DNA of 22,195 bases from an archaeon (GCA_035387745.1 DAOOON010000010.1:2157-24351); one strand, 5' to 3'; positions 8,049-17,613 are shown, counted from the first letter of the stretch. Notes: generated by a model from the letters alone, not told the origin. Translations and numbers: made by a program.

Positions 8049-10286
8049 ATGTTAAAAATAAAAGCAATATCCAAAGTTTTAATGGTTTTAATATTTATAC
8101 AACTAGTGATTGTTTCAGTTTATGCAGAAAACTGTTTTAATCCAGTAACTGGAATTAGCCAAGATGTTTCTGACGATAATAGTTCAGAATATATTTTAAA
8201 ATTTAATTTTACTAACGAAAGTATAAATCAAAACTTTAATTTTGTTAGAAATTCAAATAATTCTTTAATCTGTAATAATAAAAGATTTGTGTTAGTAATA
8301 GATGATAACGAGAGCTTTAAAATTACTGGAACAAACAAAGAAATAAAGATAAGCGGAGCAATAGACGAAGTAAGATTTGATTCTAATTCTCAAAATCCAA
8401 TAACTTTAACTTTCTTAGTCGATAATAATGAATCACAATTAGTTGGAGATAATACTCCTGGCGTTTTTAATATTGATGTAAATGAAACAAGAGTATTAAC
8501 AAACACAAAAATAGTAATTACCGAAGGAGAACGCGATTTCATAGAAAGTAATGGAAACGCAAGTAGCCCAAATAGAGTGGGTCGTGGGGTAAGACTTAAT
8601 TTAAGAAATTTAATTGTAGAAAATAACGCAGACTTAAACATTTCTTTGCAGGCCATAACTCCAAATTCCGGAGGAACATACGGAACATATGAATATAATA
8701 ATAATATTTTTAGTACTCAACACGGAATGCACGGTGGCACAGCATTATTTGTAGCAGAAAATATATTAAATAATGGGAAATTAAATATTGATATTTTTTC
8801 AGCACCCGGTTCAAAAGGGAGAGTAATTGGAGATGATGATATTTTAAATATATTAGGCGCAAACGGCGGAGATGGCGGTAGAGCTACATTTTATGTAAAT
8901 AATATTTATAATTATAAAGATTTAAATATAAATGTGAGATCCGGTAATGGCGCAGATGGGTCAAATGGAACAGATGAGGGTAGTTTAGGTGGCGGGTTGC
9001 CAATGGATGGTGGCGTGGCCGGTTTTGGCGGCCAGAGTGATTTATATATTAATGATAATTTATATAATTTCATAAATGGAGTAATCAATATTAATGTACT
9101 TTCAGGATCTGGCGGTAATGGAGGAAATGCTGGAAGAAATACATTCTGGTCAGATAATGCTAATGGCGGTAATGGTGGCTTTGGCGGATTTGTTTTTTTT
9201 AATTATGGGACGGGATATAATATTAATATACACAATCAAGGACAATTAAATTATAATGTGATTACAGGAGATAGCGGATTTGGTGGAACTAAAACCAAAT
9301 CTGGAAGAAAAGGATCTAGCGGAGCTGGTGGAGATATCTTTGATTTTAATGTTTCTAGATTTGTTAATACTGGAGATTTTAACTATTATGCTTTAGGCGG
9401 GAAAGTAAATATTAATAATGATTACATAGGAACAGGAAGAGCAGGAAATATTGGCTCAATAAATATTGAAAACTTAAATAATTTTTCTCAAAACTTTAAC
9501 ATAAATATTGAATTAAATGAAAAAAATATAGAAAATATAAGTAGTATTACTTGCGCTTGTCAAGAAAATTGTTCAATAGTAGGAGATCCTAAAATTGGAA
9601 ATATCAATATTAATTATCTAAGACCAGGAAGTTTCTTACCAAGATCTTTAAAAATAATAAAACAAGTACCTATAAATGACACAACAATAAATATATCTGG
9701 CTGTTATGTTCTATCATCAGGGAATTCAAGTATATCATACGCTGCAGATAATTTAATATTAAAATTGTCAAATCTTGCTGATATACAATATGATTTTGAT
9801 GAATCAGAAAATATGACCGCAAATAATATCTTTGAAAAGATAGTTTGCCCAGTCTGTGACAGCCTTGAGCTTAATAACTTTGCATTGAGAACAGACATAG
9901 AATATACAATTTATACTGATCAAGGTACTGAAAATATTACAGACTTAAATATTTATTATGTTAATCCAGACGGTAGTTTGTTTAAACCACCAGGATATCC
10001 AAGTAATAAAGATTATGTTATTTATAGTCTAAAGACCGGAGAAACAATAACTCCAAAACAAAACCAATTTATAGGAACAAATATAAAAGAATACAAGATA
10101 GCAAAAGAAAAATTACATTATAATTCAGAAAACTTTGATTTAACAAATATTCCTATAAAGAAAGGATACGATACACAAGATGTAAGACTATTCTGCCAAG
10201 CACAAAGATATTTATTAAGATTTAGATTACAAAGTCAGGCAGATATAAAAGAAATATACTTTACACCATTATTTGATATTAAATGA
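8049..10286 (+). CDS. Secreted glycine-rich repeat protein (745 aa), Pmp/adhesin-like beta-solenoid
   Basis: Signal peptide MLKIKAISKVLMVLIFIQLVIVSVYA|EN, starting 14 nt after the previous gene. The centre holds about 6 repeats, each pairing a Gly-rich loop with a hydrophobic beta segment. Examples: GGDGGRATFYVNN..LNINVRSG, GGFGGQSDLYINDN..ININVLSG, GGNGGFGGFVFFNYG, GGAGGDIFDFNVS. The GG(A/x)/FxxN pattern is reminiscent of polymorphic-outer-membrane-protein-type repeats. Confidence 0.88.
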   Translation: MLKIKAISKVLMVLIFIQLVIVSVYAENCFNPVTGISQDVSDDNSSEYILKFNFTNESINQNFNFVRNSNNSLICNNKRFVLVIDDNESFKITGTNKEIKISGAIDEVRFDSNSQNPITLTFLVDNNESQLVGDNTPGVFNIDVNETRVLTNTKIVITEGERDFIESNGNASSPNRVGRGVRLNLRNLIVENNADLNISLQAITPNSGGTYGTYEYNNNIFSTQHGMHGGTALFVAENILNNGKLNIDIFSAPGSKGRVIGDDDILNILGANGGDGGRATFYVNNIYNYKDLNINVRSGNGADGSNGTDEGSLGGGLPMDGGVAGFGGQSDLYINDNLYNFINGVININVLSGSGGNGGNAGRNTFWSDNANGGNGGFGGFVFFNYGTGYNINIHNQGQLNYNVITGDSGFGGTKTKSGRKGSSGAGGDIFDFNVSRFVNTGDFNYYALGGKVNINNDYIGTGRAGNIGSINIENLNNFSQNFNINIELNEKNIENISSITCACQENCSIVGDPKIGNININYLRPGSFLPRSLKIIKQVPINDTTINISGCYVLSSGNSSISYAADNLILKLSNLADIQYDFDESENMTANNIFEKIVCPVCDSLELNNFALRTDIEYTIYTDQGTENITDLNIYYVNPDGSLFKPPGYPSNKDYVIYSLKTGETITPKQNQFIGTNIKEYKIAKEKLHYNSENFDLTNIPIKKGYDTQDVRLFCQAQRYLLRFRLQSQADIKEIYFTPLFDIK
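8575..9515 (+). repeat. Intragenic degenerate tandem repeat region (about 40-50 aa units) encoding Gly-rich loops; local GC spike
   Basis: GGY-codon clusters such as ggcggagatggcggt, ggtggcgtggccggttttggcggc, ggcggtaatggaggaaat and ggcggtaatggtggctttggcgg. The 11-mer ggcggtaatgg occurs at 9111-9121 and 9165-9175. Confidence 0.7.
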
Positions 10287-10292
10287 TAGATT

Positions 10293-13200
10293 ATGAATGA
10301 AAAAGAAGAACAAGTAGAGAAAGTCTACAATATGCTTAAAGGCAAAGAAAATCGATTTTCAAAAGATGAACTAGAAAGATTAATAGTCTTTGATGGCTAT
10401 GATAAAGATATCGCTAAAAGAGTAGTTAAAAAATTATATGATAATAAACCAAAAGAAGAAAAGCCAATAACAACAACGCCACAAGAAAAAGAAAAGATTC
10501 TAGCGGAGATTTCTAAATCTTTAAAGGGCGGTTCAGAAGAGAAGCCACCACTTGTGGCGCCAAAAAAAGACAACAAACGCATATTTTCAATAATAGGAAA
10601 TTTCTTTAAGAAGATATATTTCTTTTTTGAAGATATTTATTATTCAATGATTGATGGCATAAATAAATTTATACCGATAAGTAAACTAGTGGATGGAATA
10701 GACAAGGTATTTCCCAGTTTTATTTTATTTTTAATATTTATTATTGCTATAATTTGGTTAATATTTTTTTCTGGAGTTTTTGGCGGTCTACTGGGCTCTC
10801 CAGTATTAGAAATTACTGTAACAGACAGTTTAGATATGCCAATTTCGGGAGCTACAGCAATATTATCAATTGGGGACCTTAATAAAACCTCCCAAACAGA
10901 TGTTTTTGGAGAAACTATCTTTCAAGACTTTGGTAAGAAAAAGGACGTTAAATTAATTATACAAAAAGAATCATACAATACACAAACAAAAGAACTAAAA
11001 CTTAAAAATGGAAATAATTCCGTAGTAGTAAAATTAGATATAGATACAACTACACAATTACATCTACTAGCAGCAAGAACCAGAAATTTAGTTTTTAAAG
11101 AAAATGATATACTATTGGCTACAAGACCTATCTTAGTAAATTTACGCTGTGCAAATTCCGGTACAATTCCTGAACCAAACTCTACAAGCATAAATTCTGG
11201 CCAATTACCTGTTAATATTCCAACCGGTTGCGGAGATTTAAGAGTAGATGTTTCTTCTGAATATTATAATTCTATTCAGAATACATTGGTTCCAGAAAAT
11301 AATGTAATTATGTTAACCCCAATAGCACAAAACTACGGCACTTTAGAAATAACAGTAAGAGATCAAAATACACAAGCAGCAATTTCAGATGTGTTTTTAC
11401 AATTATATAAACCGGACGACCCAACAACACAGATTAATGAATCAAATCTAGTGGTTTCTTCAGGAACTACAACAGTTTATGGTACTTATGTATTTACTAA
11501 TTTAACGCCAGGGGCATATACGGTTTCTGCAAACAAGAGTGGGTACACCTCATCTTTAAATAGAGTTGGGCCATACCAAATATCGATTAATAATAACACG
11601 ATTGGAAACATAATATTATCAACTGGTGGGAAAACATTAAATGTAGTTTTAGTTGATATAAATGGAAATACGGAAAGAGAGATAAAAGGAGATATCACAG
11701 TTTATACAAAAAGAACAGATACTAATGTAGTTACAGCAATAGGCACAAGAGAAGACACAAATAGAGCAACATTTTCTTTACCAGTAAACTCTAGCGGAGT
11801 AACTTATAAATTAGCAGTACAAAATACTGAAAATTCAGGTTATTATGCTCCAGACATAATGGATTTAAATTATTTTGATAATAATACAACAATAACAATT
11901 CAATTAGAATATTCTTCAGCATTAAATACTGGAAAAATAGGAGTTAATGTTTCTAGAAGTACATACAAAGTAGTTGGAGCGAGCGTATATATTTTTAGAG
12001 AAAATCACGACGATATACCTATTGCAGGTCCGCATATCACAAATAATAGTGGCGATTGTAATTTCTCACTTATTAGATCGGGAAGGAAATATTTTGCTTA
12101 TGTTATTAAAAGTCCAGAACAAGGTGTATCTGAGGTTAAAAAATTAGATGCTAATGATTATATGGAACTAAATGTTGAATTAGAAGATCAAGCAACGATA
12201 TTAAATCTTAAAGTGATGCCCACAATTGATTATAATATTTTATTTTTTAAATCAAATGGCGATGAGGTTACTGAATTTGTAGTTACAAACACCTCTCAAG
12301 ATTCAAACAAAGAATATATTTTTAGAGATTCGGCATATAATATGTATGCAATAATTAGTGCAAACGGTAAAGCAACATATCAAACTAGTTTAATAACATT
12401 AATTCCTGGACAAAGAATTTATCGTTCAGTCTCTCTATCAAACACAAGAACCGAAGCATTTTCAAATATTGAATTATTAGGCATATATGATGAAAGTGGA
12501 AATATTGATAAAAATATAATTAATCTTGCAACAGATTATTCAAAGACCTTTAAATTAAAATTTAAATTAACAACAATAAATCAAGAGAATAGAGATAAAT
12601 CTTATGCTTATATTAGGGCAGGTAAAAGAGTGGCTTTACCATCAGATTATTTAAGATTAGAAAACGTAATAGCATTTGAAACCGAAAACGAATATGGTTG
12701 TAATTTCTCTGGAGAAACAACAGACTGGAATCAAGTTCATTTCTTAGCATATGACGATATTGATCATTCTCAAGCAAATTGTTCAGCATCACCTTCTGGC
12801 TTTAAGTGGGTAAAGATTGACTTTTCTGATTCTGACGCAGAACAGATAGAATTCTTCGTAGATTTTAAATTTCAAAATGGCATAACTAATTTATCAGATT
12901 ATATAATTTATTATAAAAGCTTAACTGAAACAGAAGACGAAGAATATAAATTAAGTCCTAATTTAAGTAATTCTTGGCAAGAATGCGATATGATTCCTGA
13001 AGGATATTTTTATAGTCCATATTACAATAGAGCACTAACATTTGATAATTCAGATTATGCATTCTTATATGATATTTATGATTACAATTCAGCAACAAAC
13101 ACAATTGGTCAAAGATTATCTCTACTTGGTAGCAAATACATTTTAGAAATAGGTAATAACTACAATTATGCTCAAAAAATGCTATATCTAAAGAATAGCT

Positions 13201-16200
13201 CAGCAAATGGATCTATATTGGCTACATCTTATAATACTTATAATCATTTACTATACAACGCATATAAATTAAAGATAAGAAATCAGTCTAGCAACACTCA
13301 AACAGATATTAATGTAACAGGAATTAATGTAGTGAATTATACAATATTCGATATAGATGCAAGTCTTGCAACTCAAATAGACCACAATTCTGTATTTACC
13401 CCAATCGATTTCTTTATTAATTATTCTACTGGCGGATCTAATCAAAATAGTAATTCTATTAATCAAAACAATAATTCTAATCAAGGAAATATTGCCGGAA
13501 TGGCAAGTGCCACATTAAACCCACAAGAAAATGGCACAAATTATGATTTAAATACTGATTCTAATTTAGCTACAAACTTATTAAATATCTCTGGATTAAA
13601 TCCTTATTCTGTTCCAGTTTTAGCATATTATCCTGCAGATGCCAATGTAATTATAGAAATTATTACTGGAGATGCAACAGGAAATAATGACATATATGCG
13701 GGAGATAATAATATTAGTTTTAGAGTTAGAAATATTTCTGGTAGTCCAATATCAGGAGTAAGAATATCGTCAACAGTTTATTCTCCACAAGCAATAATAT
13801 TTGGTACAACAAACTCTAATGGCCTACTATCAAATAAAAATTTGTCTTTACCACTATCAAAATTAGGGAGCAGCATTAATTTTAGTTTTTTGTTTCCTGC
13901 AAATTTTGGATTTTCGAATAATACTGTAGTAATATCTAAACAAATAAAATCAAGCTATAGATTATTCTTAGAAGATGGAACTGAAATTTCTCAAGGTAAC
14001 GCCATACAATACAATGTCGGGAGATATATGAATAATGGGCAATTGAAATTTACAAAAGCAGAAAAAAATTATTATATAAAAGGGACAAACCAAGTTTCCG
14101 GTAGGCTTATTGCAGCAGATCCATATCCTAATCCAACGCAATATTTAGATTTCCAGGATATAAATAATTATATTTATACAGAAAATAATGTTCCCTTATA
14201 TTTATCAGATTTAAATAAAGAAATAAAAACGAGAATTTCAATATTGAATTTTCCAAATTTAGATGACAACACAAATCCACTACAAGATCCAAAAGGACAA
14301 TCCCAAAACAATACAATACAAAATAAATTAGAAAATGCAGAGTATACTTCTGTAACTGGGGGCTATCATAACATAATTAATGCAGGAAATTATAATAATC
14401 TGCCAATAAGATTAGATCTTAATGCTCCTTTTAATACTAATCTATTCTTTAATCTAAATTTAGAAACCTCATTTGTGGGTTTACCAAAACCAGGAGTTAA
14501 AGAATCAACAGAAGGCGCTTATGATTTAATTATAGAACTAATAAAAAACAGACATTCAAATATTAACTTCAATATGGCAATAGCAAATGGTTCAGATAAT
14601 AGATTATTGGTTGATGCAATTCCAGTTATTGATTCATCATTAAATGGTTATATAACTGTGACAACAAATGATATAAATATTCCGTCAAGATCAGGAAATC
14701 AATTATCTATAGCAATTGATTTAAATAATAGTAAAATAATAACTTCTGATTTAAGAAATAAGCCATTAATTATTAATCTAAACTATACAATAAATGGCGT
14801 AACTTTTACAGAGCCAATTTCAATTAAGATTAATGTTTATGATAGTAATGATGCGTTTGTTATTAATCAACCAACCATAAAAACAATGGATTGTACAGCT
14901 AATGATTGTAATACAGAGATAGTAGTTTCTGCAACAAACAAAACTAGAACTTATGATTTTAATTTAAGTAGTATTAATGTATTGCAACCAGATAATAATC
15001 TTTCAATAACTGTTTCTCCACCACTGCCACCAATAATTATAAATTCACAACAGACAGATAATATAAAAGAGATAACATTAAAAGTATCTGGAAATTATAA
15101 TCTATTAAAAGGAAACACTAGTGGTTCAGAATATATGAGAGTAATACAAGAAGAAATAACTAAAACTATAAAATATAATTATAAGATAATTGGTTCAATG
15201 GAAGTTGGATTAACAAACCAAAATTTTGATATAAATAAAAATACAAATTTTAAGATATCTATTTGGTTACAAAACATTCAAGAATTATTAAGAGAAAACG
15301 GATTATACGGAAATATTTGTCTGGGTGTTGGCGGCATAAATATTAATCAACCAACAGGATTCTATATATTAGGTAATTGTGATACCGAAGGACAAAATGA
15401 TTGTAAGAACGGAGCAGACGCTAAACCAAAAATAATATATGATTGGTCAGACCAAACAGATTGGAAAACAGAATGTATAGAAAACACCAGCGAGGATTAC
15501 AATGAGCAAAAGACACATTGTGATTCTTTACAGATGTTATTTAGCGTATTTAAGTTAATTGAAAATAGTACGAGCAATGATATAAGTGGCAATAAATTCA
15601 TTTATCTAATGAGTGACGGAGTAACAAAAGATCTATTATCTGACTTTGTAAATAATACTGAATTTATGTATTCCGCATCTACAAATTGGGACAATCAGGA
15701 TTTACTATCTGATGCAAATATTGATGCTAATAGATTTAGTATATCAAAAACAGAAATAGATAGTGCAGGTAATGAAATAACTACTCTCAAACCAGGGAAA
15801 TATAAAATAACAATAGAAAATTTTATAAAAGGTCAACCAAAGCCGCTACACATAAAACTGGAACTAGTAAGAGAAATGCCATATACAATGAGAAATTTAT
15901 TATACTATTTACCAATAGATGGAGATTTAGGAATTATTGGTAATAATGAACAAAATAAAAGATCAGCAAGAGATGGTTATGGTTCTTCTTTAACACAAAG
16001 TTCAAAAAAAGGTTTGCCTGTTGAGATAGGGACGGGTGCCAGCCAAAAAGAATATTATATTTATCCAATAGTTAATGATGAAAATAAAAGTAGAGCAATT
16101 ATAAATTTACAAAATGACTCAAATAATTTCAAAAATACATTAAGATCTGAAGGTAAATTATTAGACCTGGCTCTTACAAATATAGATTCGAGTGATCAAT

Positions 16201-16868
16201 CCTTTAATATTAATATGACCTATTCTCCAAGCTATCCAATACCGCTTTATGCGAAAGTAGTAAATAGTGATGTTTCTGGTTTAAGTTATAAATTAAAGAA
16301 AGATGAAATAAATGATGTTGCAATAAATTTTACTAATTTCCTAGTGTGGCAAGATTATAGTAATGAAAATAGGATTTTATCAGATGGGCAATATTATAGT
16401 GGTGTAGGAGTTTATTATAAATCGATGATTGATGGTTTGAAATTTAAATCAGTTTATGGCGAAAATAATCAGATTAAATTATTAAAAACAATGATGTATT
16501 GGCCAATGAATTATTATGCGGGGGATATTCCAAATATAAATTTAGTATTAAGCGATAATGGTTCAAATTGTTGTGGCAACAATCCTGAATCAAAAATATA
16601 TTCTTTAGTAAATTTAAATGGTTCTTCAACTAATGTAGGAAACATAAAAAACATAACAAGAGCGAATTCAACCCTTGGGACAGTAGATTTAAAAGATCTT
16701 TTAGATTATATAGATAATAATGCATGTATTAGAAGTGGACTTACAGTTACAACAATAAAATGGATAGATGAAAATGTGGGCTTTACACCAGAACAAGCAA
16801 ACCAAATAATTGAAAATTCAGGGGTGTCTGGTATTAATGATAATCCCACAAACGAAATAATTAATTAA
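10293..16868 (+). CDS. Giant membrane-anchored surface protein, paralog B (2191 aa): cytoplasmic N-terminal ~140 aa, one TM helix, then extracellular beta-sandwich repeats and the conserved Cys-rich module
   Basis: ATG lies 6 nt after the TGA-TAG stop of the previous gene. The N-terminus is charged (MNEKEEQVEKVYNMLKGKENRF...KPKEEKP...) and is followed by the TM helix FPSFILFLIFIIAIIWLIFFSGVFGG. It is collinear with paralog A and has a unique N/Q/S-rich linker (GGSNQNSNSINQNNNSNQGNIAG). Confidence 0.92.
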   Translation: MNEKEEQVEKVYNMLKGKENRFSKDELERLIVFDGYDKDIAKRVVKKLYDNKPKEEKPITTTPQEKEKILAEISKSLKGGSEEKPPLVAPKKDNKRIFSIIGNFFKKIYFFFEDIYYSMIDGINKFIPISKLVDGIDKVFPSFILFLIFIIAIIWLIFFSGVFGGLLGSPVLEITVTDSLDMPISGATAILSIGDLNKTSQTDVFGETIFQDFGKKKDVKLIIQKESYNTQTKELKLKNGNNSVVVKLDIDTTTQLHLLAARTRNLVFKENDILLATRPILVNLRCANSGTIPEPNSTSINSGQLPVNIPTGCGDLRVDVSSEYYNSIQNTLVPENNVIMLTPIAQNYGTLEITVRDQNTQAAISDVFLQLYKPDDPTTQINESNLVVSSGTTTVYGTYVFTNLTPGAYTVSANKSGYTSSLNRVGPYQISINNNTIGNIILSTGGKTLNVVLVDINGNTEREIKGDITVYTKRTDTNVVTAIGTREDTNRATFSLPVNSSGVTYKLAVQNTENSGYYAPDIMDLNYFDNNTTITIQLEYSSALNTGKIGVNVSRSTYKVVGASVYIFRENHDDIPIAGPHITNNSGDCNFSLIRSGRKYFAYVIKSPEQGVSEVKKLDANDYMELNVELEDQATILNLKVMPTIDYNILFFKSNGDEVTEFVVTNTSQDSNKEYIFRDSAYNMYAIISANGKATYQTSLITLIPGQRIYRSVSLSNTRTEAFSNIELLGIYDESGNIDKNIINLATDYSKTFKLKFKLTTINQENRDKSYAYIRAGKRVALPSDYLRLENVIAFETENEYGCNFSGETTDWNQVHFLAYDDIDHSQANCSASPSGFKWVKIDFSDSDAEQIEFFVDFKFQNGITNLSDYIIYYKSLTETEDEEYKLSPNLSNSWQECDMIPEGYFYSPYYNRALTFDNSDYAFLYDIYDYNSATNTIGQRLSLLGSKYILEIGNNYNYAQKMLYLKNSSANGSILATSYNTYNHLLYNAYKLKIRNQSSNTQTDINVTGINVVNYTIFDIDASLATQIDHNSVFTPIDFFINYSTGGSNQNSNSINQNNNSNQGNIAGMASATLNPQENGTNYDLNTDSNLATNLLNISGLNPYSVPVLAYYPADANVIIEIITGDATGNNDIYAGDNNISFRVRNISGSPISGVRISSTVYSPQAIIFGTTNSNGLLSNKNLSLPLSKLGSSINFSFLFPANFGFSNNTVVISKQIKSSYRLFLEDGTEISQGNAIQYNVGRYMNNGQLKFTKAEKNYYIKGTNQVSGRLIAADPYPNPTQYLDFQDINNYIYTENNVPLYLSDLNKEIKTRISILNFPNLDDNTNPLQDPKGQSQNNTIQNKLENAEYTSVTGGYHNIINAGNYNNLPIRLDLNAPFNTNLFFNLNLETSFVGLPKPGVKESTEGAYDLIIELIKNRHSNINFNMAIANGSDNRLLVDAIPVIDSSLNGYITVTTNDINIPSRSGNQLSIAIDLNNSKIITSDLRNKPLIINLNYTINGVTFTEPISIKINVYDSNDAFVINQPTIKTMDCTANDCNTEIVVSATNKTRTYDFNLSSINVLQPDNNLSITVSPPLPPIIINSQQTDNIKEITLKVSGNYNLLKGNTSGSEYMRVIQEEITKTIKYNYKIIGSMEVGLTNQNFDINKNTNFKISIWLQNIQELLRENGLYGNICLGVGGININQPTGFYILGNCDTEGQNDCKNGADAKPKIIYDWSDQTDWKTECIENTSEDYNEQKTHCDSLQMLFSVFKLIENSTSNDISGNKFIYLMSDGVTKDLLSDFVNNTEFMYSASTNWDNQDLLSDANIDANRFSISKTEIDSAGNEITTLKPGKYKITIENFIKGQPKPLHIKLELVREMPYTMRNLLYYLPIDGDLGIIGNNEQNKRSARDGYGSSLTQSSKKGLPVEIGTGASQKEYYIYPIVNDENKSRAIINLQNDSNNFKNTLRSEGKLLDLALTNIDSSDQSFNINMTYSPSYPIPLYAKVVNSDVSGLSYKLKKDEINDVAINFTNFLVWQDYSNENRILSDGQYYSGVGVYYKSMIDGLKFKSVYGENNQIKLLKTMMYWPMNYYAGDIPNINLVLSDNGSNCCGNNPESKIYSLVNLNGSSTNVGNIKNITRANSTLGTVDLKDLLDYIDNNACIRSGLTVTTIKWIDENVGFTPEQANQIIENSGVSGINDNPTNEIIN

Positions 16869-16880
16869 GGCAGAATAAAA

Positions 16881-17264
16881 ATGGATTTAACAATATTAGG
16901 TTTTTTAAATGATATGTCGTTTTTACTAAAGCTGGCATTTATAGTATTTATAATTTTATTTGTAAAAGAGAGAATAACTAAAAACTGGCTTGCAATTACA
17001 GCAATTGTTATTGTTTGTATTGTCTTAATATTTTTCTACTGGCCAGTATTTGGGTCGATATATGTTGTATATATATTAATTACAATAGGTATTGGCTCAG
17101 TTCTTGTTGACACTTTCTTTGTAACAATGCAGGAAGGTGCCCCAAAACATAAAGGCGAAGGGCCAAGTCCTCAACAAATGCTTGGGGAGCAGGAACAAGG
17201 ATATGATATGGAACAAACTTTTGCTGCTAGGCAACAGGTAATGAATAGGATGGGTAGAAGATAA
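16881..17264 (+). CDS. Small polytopic membrane protein (127 aa, about 3 TM helices plus a hydrophilic Q/G-rich tail)
   Basis: Starts 12 nt after the giant gene stop. Hydrophobic segments: LLKLAFIVFIILFV, WLAITAIVIVCIVLIFFYW, IYVVYILITIGIGSVLV. No family recognised. Confidence 0.75.
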   Translation: MDLTILGFLNDMSFLLKLAFIVFIILFVKERITKNWLAITAIVIVCIVLIFFYWPVFGSIYVVYILITIGIGSVLVDTFFVTMQEGAPKHKGEGPSPQQMLGEQEQGYDMEQTFAARQQVMNRMGRR

Positions 17265-17608
17265 TGAATGCAAAAGGATTTCTAAATTTCATTCCGTTTT
17301 TAAAAAACGCATCACTAATTTGGAAGATATTAATTGTAATTTTATTAGTTATATTTACTGTGCCACTTGCAGTTTATGCAGTTCCTATACTTAAATATGT
17401 TATAATGATAATTATCGCATTTGTAGTTTACGGAATGGTTGCGCCAGCATTTGGTAATAGCCTATTAACCTTTATAGTTCTAGGGATAATGCTATATTTT
17501 ATATTTAAATATTTTTATGTTGCTACCGGGGCATTTTTATTATATTTCTTTTTAGTTTATGGATTTATGTCAGTACTTATCTGGGGTACTGCAAGGTTTG
17601 GGAGATAA
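17264..17608 (+). CDS. Small polytopic membrane protein (114 aa, about 4 TM helices)
   Basis: The ATG overlaps the upstream TAA (TAATG), which indicates translational coupling. The protein is almost entirely hydrophobic. No family recognised. Confidence 0.75.
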   Translation: MNAKGFLNFIPFLKNASLIWKILIVILLVIFTVPLAVYAVPILKYVIMIIIAFVVYGMVAPAFGNSLLTFIVLGIMLYFIFKYFYVATGAFLLYFFLVYGFMSVLIWGTARFGR

Positions 17609-17613
17609 TATTA

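Noticed and set aside
1-16868. Diversity-generating retroelement targeting the surface proteins (common in DPANN/CPR)
   Set aside because: I found no reverse transcriptase gene and no template/variable repeat pair in the window. The giants resemble each other at the protein-paralog level, not as near-identical DNA repeats with A-specific mismatches. I cannot exclude a DGR elsewhere on the contig.
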